Below, in pieces: positions 37,184 through 45,742 of a stretch of 64,000 bases of DNA. Numbering within the stretch: the first letter of the stretch is position 1; the number at the start of each line of letters is the position of its first letter. This DNA comes from Pseudomonadota bacterium (lineage in GTDB: Bacteria > Pseudomonadota > Gammaproteobacteria > Acidiferrobacterales > UBA6901), in assembly GCA_021790335.1 (NCBI GenBank), contig JAJYEE010000007.1, positions 1,255-65,254 on the forward strand. The letters run 5' to 3'. A program made the position numbers and the translations under genes. A model generated the notes under the pieces. That model had not been told where the DNA came from. It saw only the letters and a program-made list of their open reading frames with translations, and searched no databases.

Positions 37184-37858
37184 TCAGCAGTCAGCGGCTT
37201 TTTTCTTTGCCACGTCGTCGCGCACATAAACCGGCAGCGCACGCTCGGCCGGCAGCGCCTCGCCGGCGGCAAAACCGGCCGCACCGAGAATGGCGACATC
37301 GCGCGCATGCGGGAAACGCTGCGCGCTCCAGCCGCTCACCTGGCCGGGCCAGCGCGCCAGAAGCTGCCCGGCGTACAGGTCCCAGCCACTGCCCGCGCCC
37401 CACCATCCGGCCCCCTGCGGAGCGGGCAGATCCGCAGGTGCGGCGACGAGCTCGGAACCCACCAGACGCGGATGCGACCGGGCGTCGCGGACGTAGACGC
37501 CCCAGTACACCTGGTTCATGCGCGCGTCCATTGCCGCCAGCACCCGGTCCTGCGCCTCGCCCTGGGCAAGCGCCGCCAGCGACGACACGGGAACAACCGG
37601 CAGGTCGGCGGCAAAGCCCAGCCCCTGCGCGACCGAAGCACCGATGCGCAAGCCGGTAAAGGACCCGGGGCCACGCCCAAATGCCAGGGCATCGAGGTCG
37701 GCAAGATGCAGGCCGGCGTCGCCCAGCAGCGCCCCGATCATGGGCAGAATGCGATGCGAGTGCTGTTCGCCGAGTTCGAAACGCTCGTGCACACGCCCGT
37801 CGTCCCAGAGGGCGACGGAACAGGCTGGCGTGGAGGTGTCCAGAGCGAGTAATTTCAA
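37184..37858 (-). CDS. tsaB: tRNA threonylcarbamoyladenosine biosynthesis protein TsaB (YeaZ)
   Basis: Homology starts at LKLLALDTSTPACSVALW (TTG at 37858), followed by GRGPGSFTGLRIG. The track ORF to 37939 adds an Arg/His-rich extension. The start codon is uncertain. Confidence 0.8.
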   Translation of the reverse strand: MKLLALDTSTPACSVALWDDGRVHERFELGEQHSHRILPMIGALLGDAGLHLADLDALAFGRGPGSFTGLRIGASVAQGLGFAADLPVVPVSSLAALAQGEAQDRVLAAMDARMNQVYWGVYVRDARSHPRLVGSELVAAPADLPAPQGAGWWGAGSGWDLYAGQLLARWPGQVSGWSAQRFPHARDVAILGAAGFAAGEALPAERALPVYVRDDVAKKKAADC

Positions 37859-37922
37859 GGGCGGCGGATCGCGATGGTGCGGGCCATGATAACACGCACG
37901 CCTGCCGCGGACAGCGCTGCCG

Positions 37923-38312
37923 TCACGTCCCGCGCACAAGCGCCCGGCGGTCGTTCAGATAGAGCCAGCCCTTGACCACACGGTAGATCGCCCACACGTA
38001 GGTGCCGAACAGCACGAAATAGCCGACGATGAAGACAAAGGTCGCCATGCCCAGCACCAGCAGCGCCATCGCGACCCAGAATGTACGTATCTGCCAGCGG
38101 AAGTGGGATTCGATCCAGGTACCGGCGGTATCGGGCAGCTTGACGTAATCGATGATCACCGCGACGACCAGACCGATGAGGAACAGCGGGAACACCACAC
38201 TCACCGCCTGCAATGCATAGACGACAGTCGCCAGTCTGATCAGGCGCTTCGATTCGCCGGCATCTCCGGCATCCTTCGGTGCGTTGTCTGTCACCATTGG
38301 CCCTCTGGACAT
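37923..38312 (-). CDS. Small integral membrane protein (three predicted TM helices; resembles the YALQA...GTW.ESHFRWQIRTFW...IYR.VKGW family of uncharacterised proteobacterial proteins)
   Basis: The ORF is open to 38387. ATG codons at 38312 and 38297 avoid overlap with the upstream OMP gene, and 38297 is preceded by AGAGGG. The conserved-looking core is IESHFRWQIRTFWVA...IYRVVKGWLYLNDRRAL. Confidence 0.6.
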   Translation of the reverse strand: MSRGPMVTDNAPKDAGDAGESKRLIRLATVVYALQAVSVVFPLFLIGLVVAVIIDYVKLPDTAGTWIESHFRWQIRTFWVAMALLVLGMATFVFIVGYFVLFGTYVWAIYRVVKGWLYLNDRRALVRGT

Positions 38313-38367
38313 TATCGCGTGAATGACCGCATCGGCCCTGCCCCCGGCGACCGCCACGGCACTGGTG

Positions 38368-39150
38368 TTAGCGGTATTCGCGGTCACGCGTCAGCAGATC
38401 GACACGCCTGCCGAAATAATACCTGATTCCGACCATGATGATATTGTTCGTGACGGTCTGGTGCCTCCTCGTGTAGCTGGCCCACAGACCCGAGGAATTG
38501 TCGAAGAACCTTGGCTGAAACTCGACCCCCAGGCTGTAGGTGTTCTTCAGGTCCTGTCCGTAGGTAGCCAGATCCACGCGCAGGATATTGGTGGGATACC
38601 AGCTGCCGGTCAGGCTGTCGCTGTTGAACCGGTCGAAGGCATTGAAGCGCGTCTGGTTCCAGGAAACCCCGATCGTGAACCGGGAAAAATAATACTGGGC
38701 CCCGGCAGAATAGTCCTTCATATCGAGCCTGGCGGTACCGCTGGCAAGGAATGTCGACTCGCAATGCGACATGGCCTGCCCCGCGCCGTAGCCCGCACTG
38801 ATCCGGCCGACGGACGGATCGCGGACGAACAGGCCGGCGCTCAGCCCCTTGTCGATCACTGTGCACTGCGGCAGGGAACTTGCCAGGGTCAGGCCGCTGC
38901 CGAGGGAAGCGAAGTTCGCTGCCATGCTGTAGTGGTCATAGAAGGCGGACACCGAAGCGCCCAGATAGCCGGCCAGCGGAAGGGTGATGCTGCCGTCGAC
39001 GGCATTGACACGGCTGTCGCTGCCGCCGACAGTGTTGATATCCCCGGATTCGTACCCGATCTGGTAATGGGTCGACTTCACGGCGGCCGGATCAGCAAGT
39101 GCGCTGCCGCCATATACCAGGAGCAGACCGGCAAGAAAGAGGCGTTTCAT
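38368..39150 (-). CDS. Putative outer-membrane beta-barrel protein
   Basis: The ATG at 39150 gives signal peptide MKRLFLAGLLLVYGGSALA/DP. It shows alternating beta-strand patterning and a terminal strand MVGIRYYFG plus a short tail. Only 11 nt separate it from the upstream lipoprotein gene. Confidence 0.6.
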   Translation of the reverse strand: MKRLFLAGLLLVYGGSALADPAAVKSTHYQIGYESGDINTVGGSDSRVNAVDGSITLPLAGYLGASVSAFYDHYSMAANFASLGSGLTLASSLPQCTVIDKGLSAGLFVRDPSVGRISAGYGAGQAMSHCESTFLASGTARLDMKDYSAGAQYYFSRFTIGVSWNQTRFNAFDRFNSDSLTGSWYPTNILRVDLATYGQDLKNTYSLGVEFQPRFFDNSSGLWASYTRRHQTVTNNIIMVGIRYYFGRRVDLLTRDREYR

Positions 39151-39161
39151 GGATTGTCTCG

Positions 39162-40874
39162 TCAATGACACTGGTTCGTCGGCGCCGGTGCCACCACGAT
39201 TTGGCTGCTGCCGGCCAGGAACAACCAGCCGCCATCGGGGCTGATGGCCATCTTGACCGCTCCGCCGGTGCCGGGGCTGCTAACGGGCGTCGTCGCCCCA
39301 GCCTGGGGAAATGGGCCGCCCGACATGCCTGTGATCAGATTGAAGGCCAAAATCTGCCCGGACGAATCGAACGTGTAGGCGCAGTCCGCATTCGGGCTCA
39401 CAACCACGGCGAGGGTCTTGCTGGGCAGCTTTCCGAGGAGCGTGAAACTGCTGTCGTAGACATCAATACCGCTGAGCACGATGCGGGTCGCAGACTGATC
39501 GAGCGCCGGGGCGATTGTACCCTGGTTGATCGCCGCAGCGGTGGAAGCAAAGGTTTCCGAGGAGGCTGTGTATTGGTACACCGGCGGCGACGATGCGAGT
39601 GACGGATCTCCCTGCTGCAGGGCGACGACGGACCCGTCGGCGGACGCACCGGGGGTCGCGTTGTCGAGGCTGGGTGTCGTGGAATTCTGGGTGAACGCCG
39701 GATCGCGCACCGCAAACAGATAAAGCGGCGTACTGGCACTGCTGCCATTGCCGGTCGTCACGATGGCATTGCCGTCATTGGCCACTGCCAGATTCTTGAG
39801 GTAGACGCCCGCCGGCGCCGGGGTGGGGCCGGGCGTATATTGGGTCTTTATCGCGAGCGTCCCCGGATCGAGCTCGGTCAGATACTGCGGGGAGAGCGCC
39901 AGCAGCTCGCCGCCCTGCGTAGACAGGGCGATGTCGGAGAGGTTCGCCAGCGACGGGAGGGTGGCCGACGAAACCGTGGCCGGCGTGGTGTTCCAGCTTC
40001 CTGAGCTATACGCGTAGCGCAGCAGTTCGGTGCCCGAGCCCGTCGTCGCCACCACCAGCAGCGCCTGCCGCTCGGCGTCGTAGCGAAGCTGATCCACGCC
40101 GGTCACGCTGGGAGGATAGGGGAGCGTCGTGGAAACATAGCTCGGAGCCTGCACAATCACGAGTTTGGCATCAGACTCGATGGGCTGCGGGCTGCTCGGG
40201 GCCACAATCTGAACCGGGTAGGTAACCGGGTAAGTGCTGCCGGTGGGCAGGGTCAGGGAATAGCTCGCCTCGATCTCGGTATCGCTCACCACGCTGAACG
40301 TGCTGGCCGAGACCCCGTTGAACGTGACGTTCTGCACCGGAAATTGTTCGAACCCCTGACCGCGGATGATCACCGATCCGCTCGCGGTGAGGGGCGACCC
40401 GGTGGCCACGCCGACATACGGCGCGACATAGCGCACGATCGGCGGGATATCATAGGTGACATTGATGACCTGCGAATTGCCCGAAACGAGCTGGCTGCAC
40501 CCGGGATTGCCGCAGCTGTAGCCCGTTACGGTGATCGTACCGTGGAACACCCCGGCACCAAGGGCGCTGGGCGCTGCGGGATCGACCACGATCTGCGCCG
40601 CGGTGCCGCTCAGGGTGTAGGTGGCGTTGGCGATGGCGCTCCCGCCGTGCAGGACCGCAACCGACACGGTGCCGGGGCTGACGCTGGCGCTGATCGTCAG
40701 CGGCGACGGTGTTGTCGCGTCCGGGCTGGTGGCACTAAAACTGAGGCTGTTGGTGGAGACGCTGGCGACCGGCTGCTGATTTCCGGTTCCGCATGCCGAA
40801 AGACCGGCAACGACCCAAAGAAGCGCGATGGCGCGGGTGCAACGGACGGCAAAACGCACACTCCCCCCTTGCAT
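39162..40874 (-). CDS. Large secreted lipoprotein with Ig-like/IPT-TIG domain(s) and a probable beta-propeller C-terminal region
   Basis: It has a lipobox (LLWVVAGLSAC) and an IPT/TIG-like segment (VIIRGQGFEQFPVQNVTFNGVSASTFSVVSDTEIEASY). The C-terminal half is Ser/Thr/Gly/Ala-rich and repetitive, with blade-like repeats (LAVANDGNAIVTT, ADGSVVAL, SPDGGWLFLA). The start is uncertain: TTG 40886, ATG 40874 or GTG 40859. Confidence 0.65.
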   Translation of the reverse strand: MQGGSVRFAVRCTRAIALLWVVAGLSACGTGNQQPVASVSTNSLSFSATSPDATTPSPLTISASVSPGTVSVAVLHGGSAIANATYTLSGTAAQIVVDPAAPSALGAGVFHGTITVTGYSCGNPGCSQLVSGNSQVINVTYDIPPIVRYVAPYVGVATGSPLTASGSVIIRGQGFEQFPVQNVTFNGVSASTFSVVSDTEIEASYSLTLPTGSTYPVTYPVQIVAPSSPQPIESDAKLVIVQAPSYVSTTLPYPPSVTGVDQLRYDAERQALLVVATTGSGTELLRYAYSSGSWNTTPATVSSATLPSLANLSDIALSTQGGELLALSPQYLTELDPGTLAIKTQYTPGPTPAPAGVYLKNLAVANDGNAIVTTGNGSSASTPLYLFAVRDPAFTQNSTTPSLDNATPGASADGSVVALQQGDPSLASSPPVYQYTASSETFASTAAAINQGTIAPALDQSATRIVLSGIDVYDSSFTLLGKLPSKTLAVVVSPNADCAYTFDSSGQILAFNLITGMSGGPFPQAGATTPVSSPGTGGAVKMAISPDGGWLFLAGSSQIVVAPAPTNQCH

Positions 40875-41313
40875 GATGAGGTACAACGCAATTCTACGTG
40901 GAGCGCAGCCCGAAAGTCCGCGGCTTCCGCGTTGTAAGAATCCGGCAGGCCGTTACGACCGTTGTCTGTCGAAACACCGCAGGGAAACACCGGACCCTGC
41001 GTCGACCGCCGCTGACTGCATTCCCCGTCTGCGCACCGCTCAAGGAGCACCGCAGGCCCGCCGCGGTTGACCGGCCACCCCTGACGCATCGGTCACAGGC
41101 CGCCAGGAATCTTGCGGAGCCGCATTGTACCTGACACGCACAACGCGCTGGAAGGGGAAGCACGACAATCGGATCTCGTGCCTGTGTCCTGTGGGGGGGC
41201 TGGGAAGCCGCCAGCGCCCCACCCGGCCCCGGGGCCGGATTTCCCGGGCGACTACCACCAATCGGCCGCATCCGTCACGATCGGCCGTCACGGCAACGGA
41301 CGATATGCTCCGC

Positions 41314-42003
41314 TCAGCTGCCCTTCCGGTCCTGCGGGTCCTTCGTCGGAAACCAACGTTCCAGCATTCTCGCAGCCCACTGCTGCCCGCCCAGCCCGAA
41401 GGCCAGCGCTGCCGCGAGCACGACCCCGGCGAGCAGGATGAGGAAGCTCTGGTGGACCAGTTCCGTCGCGACCTGCACCTGCTCGAGCGCGATCAGCACC
41501 ACGAACACCAGGATCGCATAGCGCGCAAGCTGCCCCAGCAATTCGGCGTCTGCCACCCCGACATTCTTCCCGTAGGCGGTGATGGTACGCTCCATGAACC
41601 GGGCGAAATACCCGCCAAAGGCGAGAATCAGCACTGCCAGGATCACGTCCGGAATGAACAGTGCGACGCGCCCTACAACTTCCGTCACATGGGTGAGGCC
41701 GAGGCTGTTGAATGCGATCATGAGGGCCGCCAGGATCACCAGCCAGTACAGCAGCAGCACCACCACTCCGCCGGTGTCGGTTCCGATGCCACCCTGCCTC
41801 AGGAAGCCATCGATGCCGGCACGCTCGGTCAGAATATGAAAGTTGATCGCCCGCAAACCTTTGGTCACCGCAACGCGCAGCAGCTTCGCCAGCAGCCACC
41901 CCACCAGCAGGATGACAACTGCGAGTACGAGCTTCGGCGCCAGTGCGCCGGCCTGCGCGAGAAATGCGCGCACCGGTTCCAATGAAATGCCTACGTTTGC
42001 CAT
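41314..42003 (-). CDS. Membrane protein of the 'conserved TM helix repeat' / MscS-related small-channel family
   Basis: 229 aa with a strong Shine-Dalgarno (CAGGAGGAAATC-ATG). Repeated TM hairpins each carry a following amphipathic segment (LVLAVVILLVGWLLAKLL, VILAVLILAFGGYFARFM). Confidence 0.65.
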   Translation of the reverse strand: MANVGISLEPVRAFLAQAGALAPKLVLAVVILLVGWLLAKLLRVAVTKGLRAINFHILTERAGIDGFLRQGGIGTDTGGVVVLLLYWLVILAALMIAFNSLGLTHVTEVVGRVALFIPDVILAVLILAFGGYFARFMERTITAYGKNVGVADAELLGQLARYAILVFVVLIALEQVQVATELVHQSFLILLAGVVLAAALAFGLGGQQWAARMLERWFPTKDPQDRKGS

Positions 42004-42173
42004 GATTTCCTCCTGTCGCTTCCGCGTCGTCGTTCACAAAGAGATCCGCGCATTGCCACGGTCCGGCTCATGGCGCACTGCCCGGGATGCGCCGCAACGC
42101 ACAGCACCGCACGCGCCCAAGCGGCGTGCCTCGGACGGCCGGATGCGCAGCGAGGCGACCTTTGCGCCCCAAG

Positions 42174-45100
42174 CTATTTCGGCGGACCGAGAAGCTCCAG
42201 GATTCCGTGCAGTCCGACGGATATCCGCTCCGGTTGCCTGTCCAGCGCTGCGCGCACCCCGTACAGGACCTGCTCCAGTTCGAACATGTCCAGCAGTTGC
42301 GGCATTCCGCGCTGATCTCCGAGCAAGCCGGTGTCGCGGGTCGTCTCGGTATAGGCCTGCAGGAAGGCGCGCCGTGCACCCAGCTGCCAGGCCTGCAGCA
42401 GGGGTTCTAGCGGCCGAACGTCCTCCGGATGCCCGGCGGTCGCCGCTAGCAGCGCCTCCTGGCGCGCCTCCGACAGAGAGCACAGCATGCTGGCCACGTC
42501 GCGCAGCGGCGAATGCTTCGCGCGGTACTCCGCGCGCATCCGACCCGCTCCGCCCTCGAACCCGATGATGAAAAAATCATTCTGCGCCAGCAGCGTCCGG
42601 GACAGGCCAAAGTCGCCGTGGATCCGCGTCCTCACCCCGTTCGGCGGGCTGCCTGCGGCGGAATCGATGCGCTGCAGCAGCTCGGCGCGCCGCTCGAGGA
42701 TCGCCTGCGCCGCCGCGCTTGCCTCGTCACCCAGCGCCGTCCGTTGCCGCTCCAGCGCGTCCAGCGCGGCGGCCGCCTCGGCGCGCGCATCGGCAACCCA
42801 GTCCGCCGGATCCCGGCGCCGTAGCGGCTCGGCGGCAAATGCCGGGTCGCTGGCGTAAGCGGCCAGCGCCAGATGCAGCTCTGCGGTGCGCCGCCCGAGC
42901 ACACCCATGAGAGCGTGGTAGGCGCCGTGCGTTTCCGCCGATCCGGCCCCCGACAGACCGCGCGTGCGCTCCTGCTCGAGAAAACGCTCCAGATAGGAAA
43001 GCGTATAGCTCCAGCCGTCGCCTTGATTTTCCACAAAACTCTGGATCAGGGCGAGCGTCGCCGGCACGCCATCGCCACCCACATACTCGACGTGACCGGC
43101 TAGCGGCACGCTGTGCGAGAAATGCGCGACCTCGCCGAGAAACCGGCTGAACTCGACCTCCGGATGAAGCCCGACCCGCAGGCGCCGATAGGCCTTGAGC
43201 AACAGGCGGCTTCCGAAGCGCAAGGCGGTGTGGCTGCCCCTCGCACCCTGCACCGATACCGGCAATTCCTCCAGCGCTGCAGTCCCTTTGATCTCCTCGA
43301 ACCGTGCCGCCGGAATGAACCGGATGGTGCCGGCGGCACACGGCAGTTCCTCGCCCCGCCCGGCGGCCGCCACCATGGCACGGCAAAAGCTCTCGTCCGA
43401 AAACGCATCGGCGAGCACGCCGGTGCTCGCCTGCTGGCGCACACGCGCCAGCGTCGCGGTGGACAGACTGCGGTCGCGCGCATCGTCGCCGCTGTCCCAG
43501 ATCAGCGCGAACGGCGCAAAGTAGGTCTCGGCCGGGCCGGCAAGCGGCCCGATACGCAGCAGAGCCACCAGCCATTTGGCCGGATCACCGCCCCACTCGG
43601 CGCTGTCGACGAGCTGCACGTGCTCGGGCACGTGCTCCTTCAGCCCGGACCAGCGCTGCATCGCAACAAACTTCGGGAACACCTCGGTTTCGAGCTGGGC
43701 ACGCAACTTTTCGGCCATGCGTATGCGCCACGGTACAACTCGGTCGCGCAGCAGGCTGTGCAGGCCGTCGAACAGCACCACCACCGGAAGCTCCTCGGGC
43801 GCGAGGCGCTGCTCGTGCCACAACGGCACCTCGGCATCCTTCACCAGCCGGAACCAGTAAAACCCGTGCCCCGGAAGCGTCAGCAGATAAGGCAGGCCGC
43901 CGACCGGAGGAAATGCGGTACGGCCCATCAGCTCCACCGGAACGCGTCCGCGATACTGAGCCAGATCGAGTTCCACCGGCTGGGCGGATCGTGCAAGATT
44001 CGCAACGCACAAGATGGTCTCATCGCCGTGCTCGCGCAGATACGCGAGGATTTTGCGGTTTCCGGGCCGCAGGAACTGGAACCGCCCGCGCCCGAACGCC
44101 TGATAATTCCGGCGCACGCCGAGCGTGCGGCGCATCCAGTTGAGCAGTGACGAAGGGTCGCGCGACTGCGCTTCCACGTTCACCGCCTCGTAACCGTACA
44201 CCGGGTCCATGATCGGCGGCAGATACAGCCGCTGCGGGTCGGCGTGCGAAAATCCGGCATTGCGGTCCGGACTCCACTGCATGGGGGTACGCACGCCGTT
44301 GCGGTCGCCGAGATAGATGTTGTCACCCATGCCGATCTCGTCTCCGTAATAGATGATCGGCGAACCCGGCATCGACAGCAGCAGGCTGTTCATCAGCTTG
44401 ATCCGGTCAATGTCGTTGTCCATGAGCGGCGCGAGCCGGCGACGGATGCCCAGATTGAGGCGTGCCTGCGGGTCAGCCGCATACATCTGGTACATGTAGT
44501 CTCGCTCCCGGCTCGTCACGGTGGCGAGCGTGAGCTCATCATGGTTACGCAGAAACACCGCCCACTGGCAGTTTTCCGGGATGTCCGGGGTCTGCTTCAG
44601 AATCTCAACGATCGGATGGCGGTCTTCCTGCGCGATCGCCATGTACATGCGTGGCATGAGCGGAAAGTGATAGGCCATATGGCACTCGTCACCGTCACCG
44701 AAGTAATCGCGCACATCCTCCGGCCACTGATTGGCCTCGGCAAGCAGCATGCGGTCGCGGTAATGGGCATCGATCTCGCCACGCATCTGCCGGATCACGG
44801 CGTGCGTTTCGGGAAGATTCTCATTGTTCGTCCCCTCGCGAACGCACAGGTACGGCACCGCGTCCAGCCGCAGGCCGTCCACCTCCTGGTCCAGCCAGAA
44901 GCGCATCACCCGCGTCATTGCCTTCACCACGTGCGGGTTGTTGTGATTGAGATCAGGCTGGTGGAAAAAAAACCGGTGCCAGTAATAGGCCTGTGCCACT
45001 TCGTCCCATGCCCAGTTGGACTTTTCCGTGTCGCTGAAGATGATGGGCGTGCCGGCGAACTTCTCGTCGGTGTCACTCCAGACATAGAAGTTGCGCTTGG

Positions 45101-45503
45101 ACGAGCCCGGCGGCGACCGGCGGGCAGCCTGGAACCAGGGATGCTGATCGGAGCTGTGGTTGATCACAAGCTCGGTAATGATCCGAAGTCCGCGATCGTG
45201 CGCCGCGCGCACGAAGTTGCGGAAATCCCGTCGCGTGCCGTAGGACGGATGGACGTTGTGGTAGTCGGATATATCGTATCCATCATCGCGCAGCGGCGAC
45301 GGATAGAACGGCAACAGCCACAGCGTATTGACACCCAGGTCGCGGAGATAGTCTAGCTTGGACGTGAGGCCCGGAAAATCGCCGATGCCGTCGCCGTTGC
45401 TGTCGAAGAACGCCTTGACGTGCAGCTCGTAGATGACCGCATCCTTGTACCAAAGCGGGTCATCTGACGATACTGTCTCGGGCGCTGTGCGCTGCTGATC
45501 CAC
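42174..45503 (-). CDS. treS: Trehalose synthase (maltose alpha-D-glucosyltransferase) fused to maltokinase (TreS-Mak/Pep2)
   Basis: The GH13 TreS domain begins DPLWYKDAVIYELHVKAFFDSNGDGIGDFPG. A C-terminal kinase-like domain of about 450 aa carries IHGDFGLSRTL. I prefer the GTG at 45503 (GGAG 7 nt upstream). The track start at 45626 is also a GTG. Confidence 0.9.
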   Translation of the reverse strand: MDQQRTAPETVSSDDPLWYKDAVIYELHVKAFFDSNGDGIGDFPGLTSKLDYLRDLGVNTLWLLPFYPSPLRDDGYDISDYHNVHPSYGTRRDFRNFVRAAHDRGLRIITELVINHSSDQHPWFQAARRSPPGSSKRNFYVWSDTDEKFAGTPIIFSDTEKSNWAWDEVAQAYYWHRFFFHQPDLNHNNPHVVKAMTRVMRFWLDQEVDGLRLDAVPYLCVREGTNNENLPETHAVIRQMRGEIDAHYRDRMLLAEANQWPEDVRDYFGDGDECHMAYHFPLMPRMYMAIAQEDRHPIVEILKQTPDIPENCQWAVFLRNHDELTLATVTSRERDYMYQMYAADPQARLNLGIRRRLAPLMDNDIDRIKLMNSLLLSMPGSPIIYYGDEIGMGDNIYLGDRNGVRTPMQWSPDRNAGFSHADPQRLYLPPIMDPVYGYEAVNVEAQSRDPSSLLNWMRRTLGVRRNYQAFGRGRFQFLRPGNRKILAYLREHGDETILCVANLARSAQPVELDLAQYRGRVPVELMGRTAFPPVGGLPYLLTLPGHGFYWFRLVKDAEVPLWHEQRLAPEELPVVVLFDGLHSLLRDRVVPWRIRMAEKLRAQLETEVFPKFVAMQRWSGLKEHVPEHVQLVDSAEWGGDPAKWLVALLRIGPLAGPAETYFAPFALIWDSGDDARDRSLSTATLARVRQQASTGVLADAFSDESFCRAMVAAAGRGEELPCAAGTIRFIPAARFEEIKGTAALEELPVSVQGARGSHTALRFGSRLLLKAYRRLRVGLHPEVEFSRFLGEVAHFSHSVPLAGHVEYVGGDGVPATLALIQSFVENQGDGWSYTLSYLERFLEQERTRGLSGAGSAETHGAYHALMGVLGRRTAELHLALAAYASDPAFAAEPLRRRDPADWVADARAEAAAALDALERQRTALGDEASAAAQAILERRAELLQRIDSAAGSPPNGVRTRIHGDFGLSRTLLAQNDFFIIGFEGGAGRMRAEYRAKHSPLRDVASMLCSLSEARQEALLAATAGHPEDVRPLEPLLQAWQLGARRAFLQAYTETTRDTGLLGDQRGMPQLLDMFELEQVLYGVRAALDRQPERISVGLHGILELLGPPK

Positions 45504-45742
45504 GACGAGTCTCCGCCGACGCCGTTGCCGGTCCTGCACCGACCGGCGCAGCCGTATGTGCGGATGCGGTCCGGCTTCGCGCCCGGATTCCGTCTCGCCC
45601 CGCACCGGCAGCGGAACGATCCGCACCTCTGTTGCAGTGACGCGACCTGTGCGCCTAACCGGCAGAACAGCTCGCGCCGTGACTTCCGACGGCCAGCGCC
45701 CCCGCGGAGCACCCCGGCAATCGCCGCAGCCGTCAATCTAAC

